A stretch of DNA of 64,000 nucleotides. Source: an uncultured Clostridia bacterium. Its GTDB lineage: Bacteria; Bacillota; Clostridia; Oscillospirales; Acutalibacteraceae. Under the pieces are notes generated by a model that was given only the letters and a program-made list of their open reading frames with translations, made no database searches and was not told where the DNA came from. Position numbers and translations under genes: made by a program. The DNA lies in NCBI GenBank assembly GCA_946406145.1, contig CAMJJL010000002.1:22078-86077 (forward strand), in the 5' to 3' direction. Positions 29,349 through 38,020 of the stretch are shown here, piece after piece (the first letter of the stretch is position 1; each line of letters starts with the position of its first letter).

Positions 29349-29615
29349 ATGAGCGTAATTGAAGAATTATACTACGGAAACATCAGACCGACTGATGAAC
29401 CGCAGAGTGTTGAGACAAGAAAAGCTTTGTCAGAAGTTACAGAATTGGAAGAAGCATTAGGTGAGAGCCTTACGGATAAGTGGCAGAAAGAAAAAATAGC
29501 GGAGCTTTCGGAGAGATACAGTAAGCTGATCACGCTGACCGAGCGCGATGGATTTCTTCAAGGCTTCCGTCTCGGTGCGAAGCTGATGGCTGAGCTCATG
29601 GCAGAGAACAACTGA
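29349..29615 (+). CDS. Small hypothetical protein
   Basis: 88 aa starting from ATG 29349 after AAGGAG. The longer track ORF from 29277 would overlap the hsdR terminator hairpin. Confidence 0.5.
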   Translation: MSVIEELYYGNIRPTDEPQSVETRKALSEVTELEEALGESLTDKWQKEKIAELSERYSKLITLTERDGFLQGFRLGAKLMAELMAENN

Positions 29616-29624
29616 ATATATAAC

Positions 29625-29670
29625 GAACAGCGGATCGGGCGCGTACAGGCGCGTCTGACCCGCTGTTTTC
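29625..29670 (+). terminator. Rho-independent terminator
   Basis: Stem GAACAGCGG / CCGCTGTT, with a nested GC-rich hairpin, followed by TTTTCG. Confidence 0.5.
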
Positions 29671-29830
29671 GATTGGATGAAATGTATAGGAGGATGAATA
29701 AAAGGTACGCATGCCCGATATGTCGGCATTTCACAGGCGTCAAAACATGACGCGCCAATCAAAGAAAACTTGATCCGCCCTTATGACCGAGCCCAAAAAA
29801 GGCTATGAACACATCTCTGTTCCATAGCCT

Positions 29831-30634
29831 TTATTCCTGTAGTGCTTTTCTCAACTTTTTTAGGATAGTTTTCAGCTTCTTTTCGGCGCCGCTCTCGGTC
29901 AATCCGAGCGACATCGACGACGCGCTCATAGTGGACTTGGGGAGATTGCCCAAGCAATTCAGGCAAATACCGAATCTTATCTCGATCAGCTTCTGCTCTG
30001 TTATTGTTAGGTCAGACAAAGCGGAGATCAGCTTCTCCCTCCGCTCTAACCGGAAGAACCAGTCCTCAGTTGTGTAGTTATCAGGGATCGGAGAAAAGAA
30101 CTCTCCGTCTTCCTCTTCGACGTAGAAATCCGCATTATACTTCGGCTTGAAGGTTGCGACAGCTGTGATATAATCTTCTACGCTCTTTTCCGTCAGATCT
30201 AATTCCTTTGCAATCTCCGTGATGATCTCCCGAGTGGTTTTCTTATCATCACTTTTTGCGTAATACAGCCGCGCGATCTTTCTCAGCAGTGTATACTGAT
30301 TCCTGTTATCCGGCTGAAAGTTACCGCAGTTGAGCCGGACATACTCGTGCCAGGCGTTGAGCGCCTTGAACTTGATCTGTTGCAATAAAGGGATATTCGA
30401 ATCGTAGGTTTGCAAATCCTTCCACAGTAAAGAAGAAAATATCTGCTTCAGGTCATCGATACGATATTCTTCCAGCTCATACCTGCGGACAAATCTCAAT
30501 GACCGCTCCTGCAATATCGGTTCGTAAAAATTCAGGAACTCATTGTAGTATTTTATATCGCCGCTTTGCTTATATCTCACAAAATACTCGTTCCAGTCAT
30601 TCAGTCTGACGGGTGAGTAATCAAGCTCATACAT
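29831..30634 (-). CDS. Sigma-70-family-like factor (divergent)
   Basis: 267-aa ORF. The C-terminus has a region-4-like HTH (LTITEQKLIEIRFG ... LGLTESGAEKKLKTILKKLRKAL). The N-terminal part is region-2-like (YNEFLNFYEPILQERSLRFVRRY). The assignment is tentative. Confidence 0.5.
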   Translation of the reverse strand: MYELDYSPVRLNDWNEYFVRYKQSGDIKYYNEFLNFYEPILQERSLRFVRRYELEEYRIDDLKQIFSSLLWKDLQTYDSNIPLLQQIKFKALNAWHEYVRLNCGNFQPDNRNQYTLLRKIARLYYAKSDDKKTTREIITEIAKELDLTEKSVEDYITAVATFKPKYNADFYVEEEDGEFFSPIPDNYTTEDWFFRLERREKLISALSDLTITEQKLIEIRFGICLNCLGNLPKSTMSASSMSLGLTESGAEKKLKTILKKLRKALQE

Positions 30635-31787
30635 TTAACATCTCCATTGCCTTTTGATAAACATTCGTTATTTCCATATCGTTCTCATATTGCGTTAAAG
30701 CATATTCAAAATCGACCTGCGCAAGTTCAAAACAATTGTCAATATATTCCTTCGCCTTGGCAGATACGGCTTCATCGTATTTGCCGAGGCTTTTGTTTTT
30801 TCGGATCAGATCGCTCCTGCGCTTCCATAACAGGTAGTACGGAGAGGCAGTCTTTTTCTGCTGTTCGGGCTTGCGTTGCAGCACCTCGGGGTGTTTTGCG
30901 ACATACGCGCATGGTACGCCGTATTGCGGGTTCACCTTGCTGCAGTAGAGCTGTTTATGTGCGGTGGTCATAAAGAAGTAATCGTCGCAGATACCGCATT
31001 GCCACAGATAGTGACCGTGCATATAGCCCTCAAACAAATCAATATACAAAAAGTCCTTCAGATGATTGTACCAGACCTTGCGGAAGATACAGCTCTTACC
31101 ATCCAGCGTTTCAACGACAGGAATCATCGACGCCTTCGTGCGAAAAGGTTGCTGATCGGTGTGAAACGCGAATGACAAATACGGGTCGGAAAGAAAGTCG
31201 CCGAACGCATCTGCCAACTGGCTTTTAGTCCTCGAACCGCGTTCTACAATCTTATGCGTCATTTGAAACACCAAAGCGGAATAGTGCTTCAGGTCATTGA
31301 TTGTGTTATTAAGGATTCTGCCAACAGCCAGTACCGTATAGTAGTCATCCAAAGACTTCATCAGATCGTCCGCATGATCAGCCTCCTCAGTCGTGCTGAG
31401 ATCGAAGCCGTTTTGATAAATAGAATAGATTTCAATGTATTGGTTTATTCTTTCTTCCGACAGAAGGAAAGTAATTCTTTTCTGATACTTTTCAAGATCA
31501 AATAGCGAAAAGAACGATATTCTTTTCAAAGAGTCGATTGCGTCGAGGAGCTTGTTTCGGTACTCTATCAGGTCATTATAAGTAAAATCAATCGAAAGCC
31601 TGTACGCAAGATTTTTCAATTCAACAAACGTTGTTGTGTCCGTGAATCGGCACTCAGGCTGAACAGCAGAATAGCTGGTATAACCGAGCGGGTACTCTTT
31701 TCCGTCGATCACGAAAGTATCTTTCTTATAAATTACCTCAAACAAATTGACAGTATCCATTATGTATTTTATGTCCTTCTCAAACAA
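30627..31787 (-). CDS. Hypothetical protein with a Cys cluster (zinc-ribbon-like)
   Basis: Long ORF that overlaps the sigma-like gene by 8 nt and contains WQCGICDDYFFMTTAHKQLYCS. The probable start is TTG 31787, 7 nt after GGGAGGTG; the track start 31808 lies inside that RBS. Confidence 0.5.
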   Translation of the reverse strand: MFEKDIKYIMDTVNLFEVIYKKDTFVIDGKEYPLGYTSYSAVQPECRFTDTTTFVELKNLAYRLSIDFTYNDLIEYRNKLLDAIDSLKRISFFSLFDLEKYQKRITFLLSEERINQYIEIYSIYQNGFDLSTTEEADHADDLMKSLDDYYTVLAVGRILNNTINDLKHYSALVFQMTHKIVERGSRTKSQLADAFGDFLSDPYLSFAFHTDQQPFRTKASMIPVVETLDGKSCIFRKVWYNHLKDFLYIDLFEGYMHGHYLWQCGICDDYFFMTTAHKQLYCSKVNPQYGVPCAYVAKHPEVLQRKPEQQKKTASPYYLLWKRRSDLIRKNKSLGKYDEAVSAKAKEYIDNCFELAQVDFEYALTQYENDMEITNVYQKAMEMLNV

Positions 31788-31982
31788 AGCCGATTCACCT
31801 CCCGACAATAATATAGCACATTTGTTTGTGGAAATTATTGCGTTTTAGAATAATTGTTCGAAAATTCACAAGATTTAGGAAACGGTTTTGACTATTCACG
31901 GGAAAAGGCGGTTTTTCTGAAAAAGCTGACATTGATATAGTGGAAGGGCGAGCTTCCGAATAATCAATGAAGGAGGACTTGA

Positions 31983-33749
31983 ATGTCTAACGAAAAAGAA
32001 AAGAATACTTCACAGTACAGTTATCCTTTCGAAATAAGGGATAACTGTCTCTACGTCACAACAGTCTCTAAACGGGGTCACAGTACCTCAAAGGTCTGCA
32101 ACTTCGTCCCGCGTATCGTCAGCGAGAAAACCGTCGACGACGGCGCGGTGACGGAAAAGACGCTGGTACTCAGCGGCACACATGCCGACGGGAGTACGCT
32201 CCCGCCTGTCGAGGTGAACGGCGCCGATCTGAGCAATTTTAACTGGCTTCTTGATAAGTGGGGCGCAAAGTGCATCATCGAGGTCGGTCAGCGGTGCAAG
32301 GATTATCTGCGCTACTATATCCTGACGACCTCCGACAGCGCCGAACAGCTCACCGAATACCATGTGACCGGGTGGAAGAAAATCAATGGCGAGTGGCATT
32401 ATCTTCTACCGGGCGACGACAGTCTCAACGTGATCTTGAAAGGTAAGCTGCAGCATTACTGCGGAGAGAGTAATTACGATCTGTACGATCCGATCGACGC
32501 GTACAATCTGTTTGAAAAACCTCCCGCGTCTTCTCTTGTTATCCATCCGCTGATCGCGTTCGCGTTCTTAACACCGCTGAATGAATTTATGCGACAGGCG
32601 GGCTGTATGCCGAAGTTTGTCCTCTTCCTTACAGGTCGGACGGGCACCAGAAAGAGTACGATTGCCGCGCTGATCCTCAGTTTCTTCGGCAAATTCACTT
32701 CCACCGATCTGCCGATGTCGTTCAGAGATACGGCAAACTCCATCATCGCCAATTCATTTTCATTAAAAGATGTGCTGACCTGCATCGACGACTTCTATCC
32801 CTCGGATAACGCCGAAATGAAGAAGCTGAATACAACAGCTCAGACAGTCATGCGCGCCTACGGCGACAGAACGGGACGCGCGCGGCTACGCTCCGATTCT
32901 ACATTAATGGAGAGCAGACCGCCCCAAGGGAACGCCGTCATCACAGGCGAGCTAAGCCCCGATATCGGTGAGAGCGGTACGGCACGGTACTTCACATTGG
33001 AATTGAAGGAAGAGGACGTTGACCTCGGATCGCTGTCTGTTTGTCAGAGCGAAGCAACTGACGGCGCGTACCGCCGTACCATGTACGCCTACACACAGTG
33101 GCTTAAACGTCGGTATCTGTGTGACGATGATCATGTCGAGAAACTGAGGGACAAGCTGCTGAGTTGGCACAAAACCTACAGAAACAATTATTACCATCAC
33201 AATCAAACTTGTCACGGTCGACTGCCTGAGATTGTCGCGTGCCTGATGATCGGGATGCGTTTCTTTCTGCAGTTCCTCAAAGAAAACTGTGTCATCAAGC
33301 AGGAGGATCAGGAGATCGAGCTGGAGCTGTTCCGCAAGGAGCTGTACGCTTTAGCCGATCAGCAATCTACCAACGTGGAGCATGACAAGCCCGTGAACAT
33401 CTTCATCCGCAAACTGTATTCGCTGATCGAGGGAGGTAAAGTCATGATCACCGAGCGAAACCGACCCGATAATTTTGATCCTTATCCGCTCGGATATATC
33501 GGATGTCAGGACGAGGAGTATTACTATCTCAACAAGGATTTAGCGCATTCAGCCGTGAAGAAAATGTGCACTGAACAGGGCGAGAGTTTCCCCGTTTCGG
33601 CAAAGGCTTTGGTTAAAGCGCTGGCAGAAGAAAAGCTGATCAAAACGACCTCTTCGGGTAACACGGTTTCCGTTCGCTACTGCGGAAAGAATATGCGCTT
33701 CATCGCGTTGGATAAGAGCAAAGCAGAACAGGTGTTGGGTATGGAATAA
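31983..33749 (+). CDS. P-loop NTPase, putative replication initiator/helicase (DUF927/primase-C-like)
   Basis: 588-aa ORF with RBS GAAGGAGG. It has a deviant Walker A TGRTGTRKST and a Walker B LTCIDDF. It is followed by an iteron cluster. The family name is from recall. Confidence 0.45.
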   Translation: MSNEKEKNTSQYSYPFEIRDNCLYVTTVSKRGHSTSKVCNFVPRIVSEKTVDDGAVTEKTLVLSGTHADGSTLPPVEVNGADLSNFNWLLDKWGAKCIIEVGQRCKDYLRYYILTTSDSAEQLTEYHVTGWKKINGEWHYLLPGDDSLNVILKGKLQHYCGESNYDLYDPIDAYNLFEKPPASSLVIHPLIAFAFLTPLNEFMRQAGCMPKFVLFLTGRTGTRKSTIAALILSFFGKFTSTDLPMSFRDTANSIIANSFSLKDVLTCIDDFYPSDNAEMKKLNTTAQTVMRAYGDRTGRARLRSDSTLMESRPPQGNAVITGELSPDIGESGTARYFTLELKEEDVDLGSLSVCQSEATDGAYRRTMYAYTQWLKRRYLCDDDHVEKLRDKLLSWHKTYRNNYYHHNQTCHGRLPEIVACLMIGMRFFLQFLKENCVIKQEDQEIELELFRKELYALADQQSTNVEHDKPVNIFIRKLYSLIEGGKVMITERNRPDNFDPYPLGYIGCQDEEYYYLNKDLAHSAVKKMCTEQGESFPVSAKALVKALAEEKLIKTTSSGNTVSVRYCGKNMRFIALDKSKAEQVLGME

Positions 33750-33753
33750 TTAT

Positions 33754-33900
33754 CTGTGGCAACTGTGGCAAGGATAAGTAAACGCAGTTATTCAGCGCGC
33801 TTCAGTTGCAATTTACCTGTGGCGTTTTCTGCTTCAACCGTCATTTTCCTGTGGCGTTATCTGTGGCAAAGCAGCAGATTGCCTCAGTAATGCAGCAGAT
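33754..33900 (+). repeat. Iteron-like cluster: five CTGTGGC repeats plus two GCAGCAGAT repeats
   Basis: CTGTGGC occurs at 33754, 33763, 33817, 33849 and 33861, all in the same orientation. GCAGCAGAT occurs at 33871 and 33892. The cluster is non-coding and directly downstream of the replication-like gene. Confidence 0.6.
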
Positions 33901-34155
33901 AGAAAAGAGTCGGAAACGGTTTGAACACTGAGTTTTTAATTTGGTGCCGCAGATGCATCAGATAAATTCACGCATATATAAGAAAAGATTTTTTCTTTCT
34001 GCCGATTAGATTCAGAGCTTCTTACAGAAAGTAATCTTCAGTTTTTGCTTATGAGTTGTTGTCTACAAGTGACTTTTCTTTCTGCATCCCTATAGTATCC
34101 ATCTATAAGGAAGCGGAGGCAAGCAGAGCGTCCGGCTGTCCGCCGAACACGTCTG

Positions 34156-34533
34156 TTGCGGGCAGAAGCCCGCACCCACTTTTACAACTATTATGGAGGT
34201 GATATTACGGCAAAAAGAAAGAGAAATGTAACGCTGTCGATTCGATTGACAGCAGAAGAAAAGAAGGAGATTGCCGCCAAAGCGAAGCAGGCTCAACTGT
34301 CTTTGATCGATTACCTGATCGAGTGTTCACGCAAAACGACGATCAAGGTTACAGATTTATCGGCGATCCTTGCGGAGCTGAAACGCATTGGAAACAACCT
34401 CAATCAGATCGCTCGCAAGGCAAATTCACGGAGATTTTTCTTCGCAAAGTTCGATTCCGTCATAGAAGGTCAGCGAAAGATCTACGACGCGATCCTCAAA
34501 ATCATGGGAGAAGATGAAACGTGGCGACAGTGA
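34156..34533 (+). CDS. mobC: MobC-type relaxosome accessory protein (RHH)
   Basis: Has RKRNVTLSIRLTAEEKKEI (RHH strand and helix) and LKRIGNNLNQIARKAN (MobC signature). The start is unresolved: TTG 34156 lies inside a hairpin, and ATT 34198 follows GGAGGTGAT. Confidence 0.75.
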   Translation: MRAEARTHFYNYYGGDITAKRKRNVTLSIRLTAEEKKEIAAKAKQAQLSLIDYLIECSRKTTIKVTDLSAILAELKRIGNNLNQIARKANSRRFFFAKFDSVIEGQRKIYDAILKIMGEDETWRQ

Positions 34534-35741
34534 TTTTTATCAAAGAAAGCAGACAAAATCCGTCCGCTATGAGAGCTGTCATCAACTATTGTCAGCAGAA
34601 ATATAAGACCTTTGACAGCCGATCGAAACGACAATTAGTCAGCGGAATCAACTGTGACGGAGCAAATTCCTTCCGTGAATTCATGGCGACGAAGAAGGTT
34701 TACGGCAAGGCTGACGGGATATTTTTCTACCAATACGCGCAGTCCTTTTCGCCGACGGAGAAGCTCACGCCCGAGCAGGCGCATGAGATCTCAATGGAGT
34801 TTGCCGAGAGAGCGTGGCCGGGACAAGAAATTCTCGTCGCGACTCACTGCGACGCCAACCATCTTCACAGCCACTTCGTTATCAATTCCGTGAGCTTTGA
34901 ATCAGGGAAAAAGCTCCGCCAATCGCCCACAACTCTGAGACAGTTAAGAGCGCTCAGCGACGAGATATGCCTCGCTCACGGGCTCTCCGTTCTCACGCCA
35001 TACGAGAACGGAGGCCGCAGGATTTCCAACCGTGAGTATCGCGCGAGAATGAGGGGAAACAGCTGGAAACAAAAGCTGGCTGAGGACATTGACAAGTCGA
35101 TGGAATACAGCGGCAGCAGAGATGAATTCGTCAGGGCGATGTCGATTCTCGGATACCGAATGACATGGACGGACGAGAGAAAATACCTGACCTTTCACTG
35201 TCCCAACGGCAGAAGTTGCCGCGATAAAAGTCTTCATGAGGAAAAATATCTAAAGAAAAATATCGAAAATGAACTTGATTTCAGAGAGAATGCGGACGGC
35301 GTTTCAGAAGAAAAACAGCCGACCGGATGGGAGAAATCGCGCGAGCTTTACGAACAGCACTTGCGTGAACGCGCCCTTGCAAAAGCCGAAACGCAAAAGG
35401 TTTCCGAAAGTTATTCCGATCCCTCACACCGCATTATCGGTGGAGTCGACAGTCTCGCCGGAGCGGTAGCAAGGATCGTTGATGACGATAACGAAGACCC
35501 CGAGGAACGCCGCAAAAGGATCGAAGGACAGGAAAACGGCGCGGCGATCGGCGCGCTGATCGGAGCGGGCGTCGGGCTGATTTCCTCCGTCGCAAACAGG
35601 ACGGAAGAACCGACTGAAAGCTCCGAGGAAGATGATTATCAGAGAGAAGAAATCCTCCAAGAAGTATTCGACGAGGACGACTATGACGACGATTATTACG
35701 ACGACGAGGACGAGGGACAAGGCTTCGTTATGTCGATGTAA
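34521..35741 (+). CDS. MOB relaxase (MobA/VirD2 relaxase/mobilisation nuclease family)
   Basis: 406-aa ORF with a GTG start that overlaps the mobC end. It has the His-rich metal motif HCDANHLHSHFVIN and an acidic, repetitive C-terminus. Confidence 0.85.
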   Translation: MATVIFIKESRQNPSAMRAVINYCQQKYKTFDSRSKRQLVSGINCDGANSFREFMATKKVYGKADGIFFYQYAQSFSPTEKLTPEQAHEISMEFAERAWPGQEILVATHCDANHLHSHFVINSVSFESGKKLRQSPTTLRQLRALSDEICLAHGLSVLTPYENGGRRISNREYRARMRGNSWKQKLAEDIDKSMEYSGSRDEFVRAMSILGYRMTWTDERKYLTFHCPNGRSCRDKSLHEEKYLKKNIENELDFRENADGVSEEKQPTGWEKSRELYEQHLRERALAKAETQKVSESYSDPSHRIIGGVDSLAGAVARIVDDDNEDPEERRKRIEGQENGAAIGALIGAGVGLISSVANRTEEPTESSEEDDYQREEILQEVFDEDDYDDDYYDDEDEGQGFVMSM

Positions 35742-35813
35742 AACACTGATTAAATGTCGAAGAAATATGAATTTATTACGACGAATAAAGATATTTAGTA
35801 CAGAAAGGAACCT

Positions 35814-36071
35814 ATGACTGAAAACAAAGAATCGAATGTTTATCTGATACCTATGGAGGCGCTGCAGACAGTCCGTCTGTCAGCGCCTGCTACACAGTTT
35901 AAGAACTATCCCGACGTGCTGACGGTACAGCAGATAGTTGAGCTGATGGGCGTTTGCAAAAACACCGTTTACAAACTCATCAAAGAGAACCAGCTCTCCT
36001 GCCGACGAATCGGAACAGCGATCCGCGTCAGAAAAAAGGACGTGATGTCCTTCCTGCGAAATGCAGGCTGA
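35814..36071 (+). CDS. xis: Excisionase-like / MerR-type HTH DNA-binding protein
   Basis: 85-aa ORF with RBS AAAGGAA and LTVQQIVELMGVCKNTVYKLIKENQLSCRRIG. It lies directly upstream of int. Confidence 0.65.
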   Translation: MTENKESNVYLIPMEALQTVRLSAPATQFKNYPDVLTVQQIVELMGVCKNTVYKLIKENQLSCRRIGTAIRVRKKDVMSFLRNAG

Positions 36072-36193
36072 CACGCACGTCGATCATATCAATATAATCT
36101 ATCACAATTACAGATAAAACCACTGGATATGTCCGCCGTTTGATGGTATAATCCGTGTTGCAACGGCGGGCATTCCGACAGAAAGGAGTTAAA

Positions 36194-37432
36194 ATGACAG
36201 GAAGCCTGCAAATCAAAAACAATAAATACTACCTCGTTCTGAACCTGTATCGGAACGGCAAACGCAAAGTAAAATGGATCAATACCGATCTATCCGTCAA
36301 GGGCAACAAGACAAAGGCGCAGAAGCTCCTCCGAGAAGCCCTCAAGCAATATGAAGAGGAACAACAGCATTGGCTGGAGCTTGAAAACAGCCCGTCGCTC
36401 ATGCCTTTCGCAGAAGCGGTACAAAAATGGTACGAGTATAAGACAGCCGGTTTTCAGCGGCACATTGACGAGATCACCTGCCAGGGTTATGAAACGCTGA
36501 TTAGACTGCACATTATCCCGTACTTCACCAATAAGGGATACCGCCTGTGCGACATCAACAAGCAGAATCTGCAAGCCTTCATCAACGAGAAAGCAACGCG
36601 CGGGAAGATCGACGGTTCGGGAGGTCTGTCAGGTATCACCCTGAGAAAAGTCAAGTCGATCATCAACATGACCTTGACCTACTATGAATCGGAAGGCGTT
36701 ATCGACCGCAATCCCTGCCGATTCCTCAATCTCCCGCCAAAGGAAAGACATGAAGCGAAATTCTTCACTATGTCACAGGTCGAGGAACTTCTGGAAAATC
36801 TGCTGAAGAATAACGAACCATTGTATCCGCTGATCCGAGTCACCGCACTTTACGGTCTGCGCCGAAGCGAAGTGCTCGGTCTGTGCTGGGACTGCGTGAA
36901 TTTTGAAGCCGAGACCTTCACTATCCGTCGATCGGTCACAAAGGTATCGAAGCTCGTCGCCAAGGACAAGACGAAGAACGAGTCCAGCCGACGTTCCTTC
37001 CCGATGACAGCCGAGATCAAGAAGCTGTTCGAGGATCTGAAAAAACAGCAGAGGAAGGATAAGAGATTCTACGGCAACACCTACTTCGATAACGATTATG
37101 TGTTTCGCTGGGAAGACGGCAGACCCTTCTCGCCGGACTATGTGTCACAGAAATTCCCGAAACTTCTCAAGGAATACGGCTTGCCCCGCATCCGATTCCA
37201 TGAGCTGAGACACAGTGCGGCAAGCAATCTGTTGTGCATGGGCTTCACGCTAAAGGACGTGCAGGAGTGGCTGGGTCACGCGGATATCCAGACCACCGCC
37301 AACATTTACGGTCACCTCGACGCCAAGCGCAAGATCGACATGGCGTATGCTCTGAGCGCGACAGAGAACAAGAAGGAAGCGTCAGAACCTTCCGAAAGCG
37401 CCTCTGCCCCAAGCTTGGAACAGGCCTCTTGA
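36194..37432 (+). CDS. int: Tyrosine site-specific integrase
   Basis: ATG 36194 follows AAAGGAG. It has the catalytic-region motifs GLRRSE, FHELRHSAAS and GHADIQTTANIYGH. It is adjacent to the right att repeat. Confidence 0.9.
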   Translation: MTGSLQIKNNKYYLVLNLYRNGKRKVKWINTDLSVKGNKTKAQKLLREALKQYEEEQQHWLELENSPSLMPFAEAVQKWYEYKTAGFQRHIDEITCQGYETLIRLHIIPYFTNKGYRLCDINKQNLQAFINEKATRGKIDGSGGLSGITLRKVKSIINMTLTYYESEGVIDRNPCRFLNLPPKERHEAKFFTMSQVEELLENLLKNNEPLYPLIRVTALYGLRRSEVLGLCWDCVNFEAETFTIRRSVTKVSKLVAKDKTKNESSRRSFPMTAEIKKLFEDLKKQQRKDKRFYGNTYFDNDYVFRWEDGRPFSPDYVSQKFPKLLKEYGLPRIRFHELRHSAASNLLCMGFTLKDVQEWLGHADIQTTANIYGHLDAKRKIDMAYALSATENKKEASEPSESASAPSLEQAS

Positions 37433-37547
37433 ACAATCGTCAAGGGGTCGGAAAAAGAAAAAAAAACCGTTCTCATCGTTCAACACGATCGAAAACAGTG
37501 CAAAAGCCTTGAAAATCGTGAAAAATCAGCCGAAATTCTTCCAAAAG

Positions 37548-37588
37548 GTGTTAGAAAAACACGGAAAAGTGTTAGATAAAGTGTTAGA
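37548..37588 (+). repeat. Cluster of three GTGTTAGA direct repeats (putative arm-type sites, right arm)
   Basis: GTGTTAGA at 37548, 37569 and 37581, ending 96 bp left of the att core. Orientation is the same as the left cluster. Confidence 0.5.
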
Positions 37589-37683
37589 TGACCCCTAATT
37601 TGAACGCTGAAAGGTTCGCGCTCAGGACTCCCCGAAAAAGGAAAAAGCCCAGAAAACAAGCCGTTTTCTGGACTCTCGTGTCA

Positions 37684-37728
37684 TGGTGGAGATAAGCGGA
37701 TTCGAACCGCTGACCTCTTGAATGCGAA
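37684..37728. repeat. attR: 45-bp direct repeat
   Basis: Identical to 20503-20547. Confidence 0.85.
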
Positions 37729-37765
37729 CCAAGCGCTCTCCCGACTCACACGCTTACGCACCCCC
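37684..37765 (-). tRNA. tRNA-Ala(CGC)-like sequence with an aberrant D-arm (possibly a pseudogene)
   Basis: The reverse complement reads GGGGGTG CG TAAGCGTGTGAGTCGGGAGAGCG CTTGG TTCGCAT TCAAG AGGTC AGCGG TTCGAAT CCGCT TATCTCC ACCA. The anticodon arm (anticodon CGC), variable loop, T-arm and a G3:U70-type acceptor are recognisable. It is 82 nt long, and the 5' strand of the D-stem (expected GCTC) is missing. Confidence 0.45.
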
Positions 37766-37841
37766 TTTTTTTGATCCGCACATTCGATTTATCTTCATTT
37801 TCTTTGTATAATCAGACTACCAAATCAAAGGAGGCAACCGA

Positions 37842-38018
37842 ATGAAGAAGAAATACCATTTGTATATGACCGCTGACGAGCGTAAAGTCATACTGAACAG
37901 CCTGATTGACATGAAGAATGAACTGATCAGAACTGGGCATTATACTGACGCAATCGACGAAATCATCATTAAACTCACAAAAGCAAGAATAAAGAAAGTG
38001 CGGATAAAGGAGGTTTGA
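37842..38018 (+). CDS. Small hypothetical protein (58 aa) preceding tnpV
   Basis: ATG follows AAAGGAGG. It reads MKKKYHLYMTADERKVILNSLIDMKNELIRTGHYTDAIDEIIIKLTKARIKKVRIKEV. It is below the 60-aa track cutoff. Confidence 0.5.
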   Translation: MKKKYHLYMTADERKVILNSLIDMKNELIRTGHYTDAIDEIIIKLTKARIKKVRIKEV

Positions 38019-38020
38019 CC

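Larger units (their letters stand above)
20503..37728. mobile_element. ~17.2-kb integrative mobilizable element (tyrosine integrase, tRNA-type att site) carrying a Type I R-M system
   Basis: Bounded by identical 45-bp direct repeats. int and xis are adjacent to the right repeat. MobC, a relaxase and a replication-like gene are present, but no T4SS genes. Confidence 0.8.

Noticed and set aside
33754-33900. Possibility that the CTGTGGC repeat field is a CRISPR array.
   Set aside because: The repeat unit is only ~7-9 bp and the spacing is irregular (9-54 bp). No cas genes are present. It fits iterons, not CRISPR.
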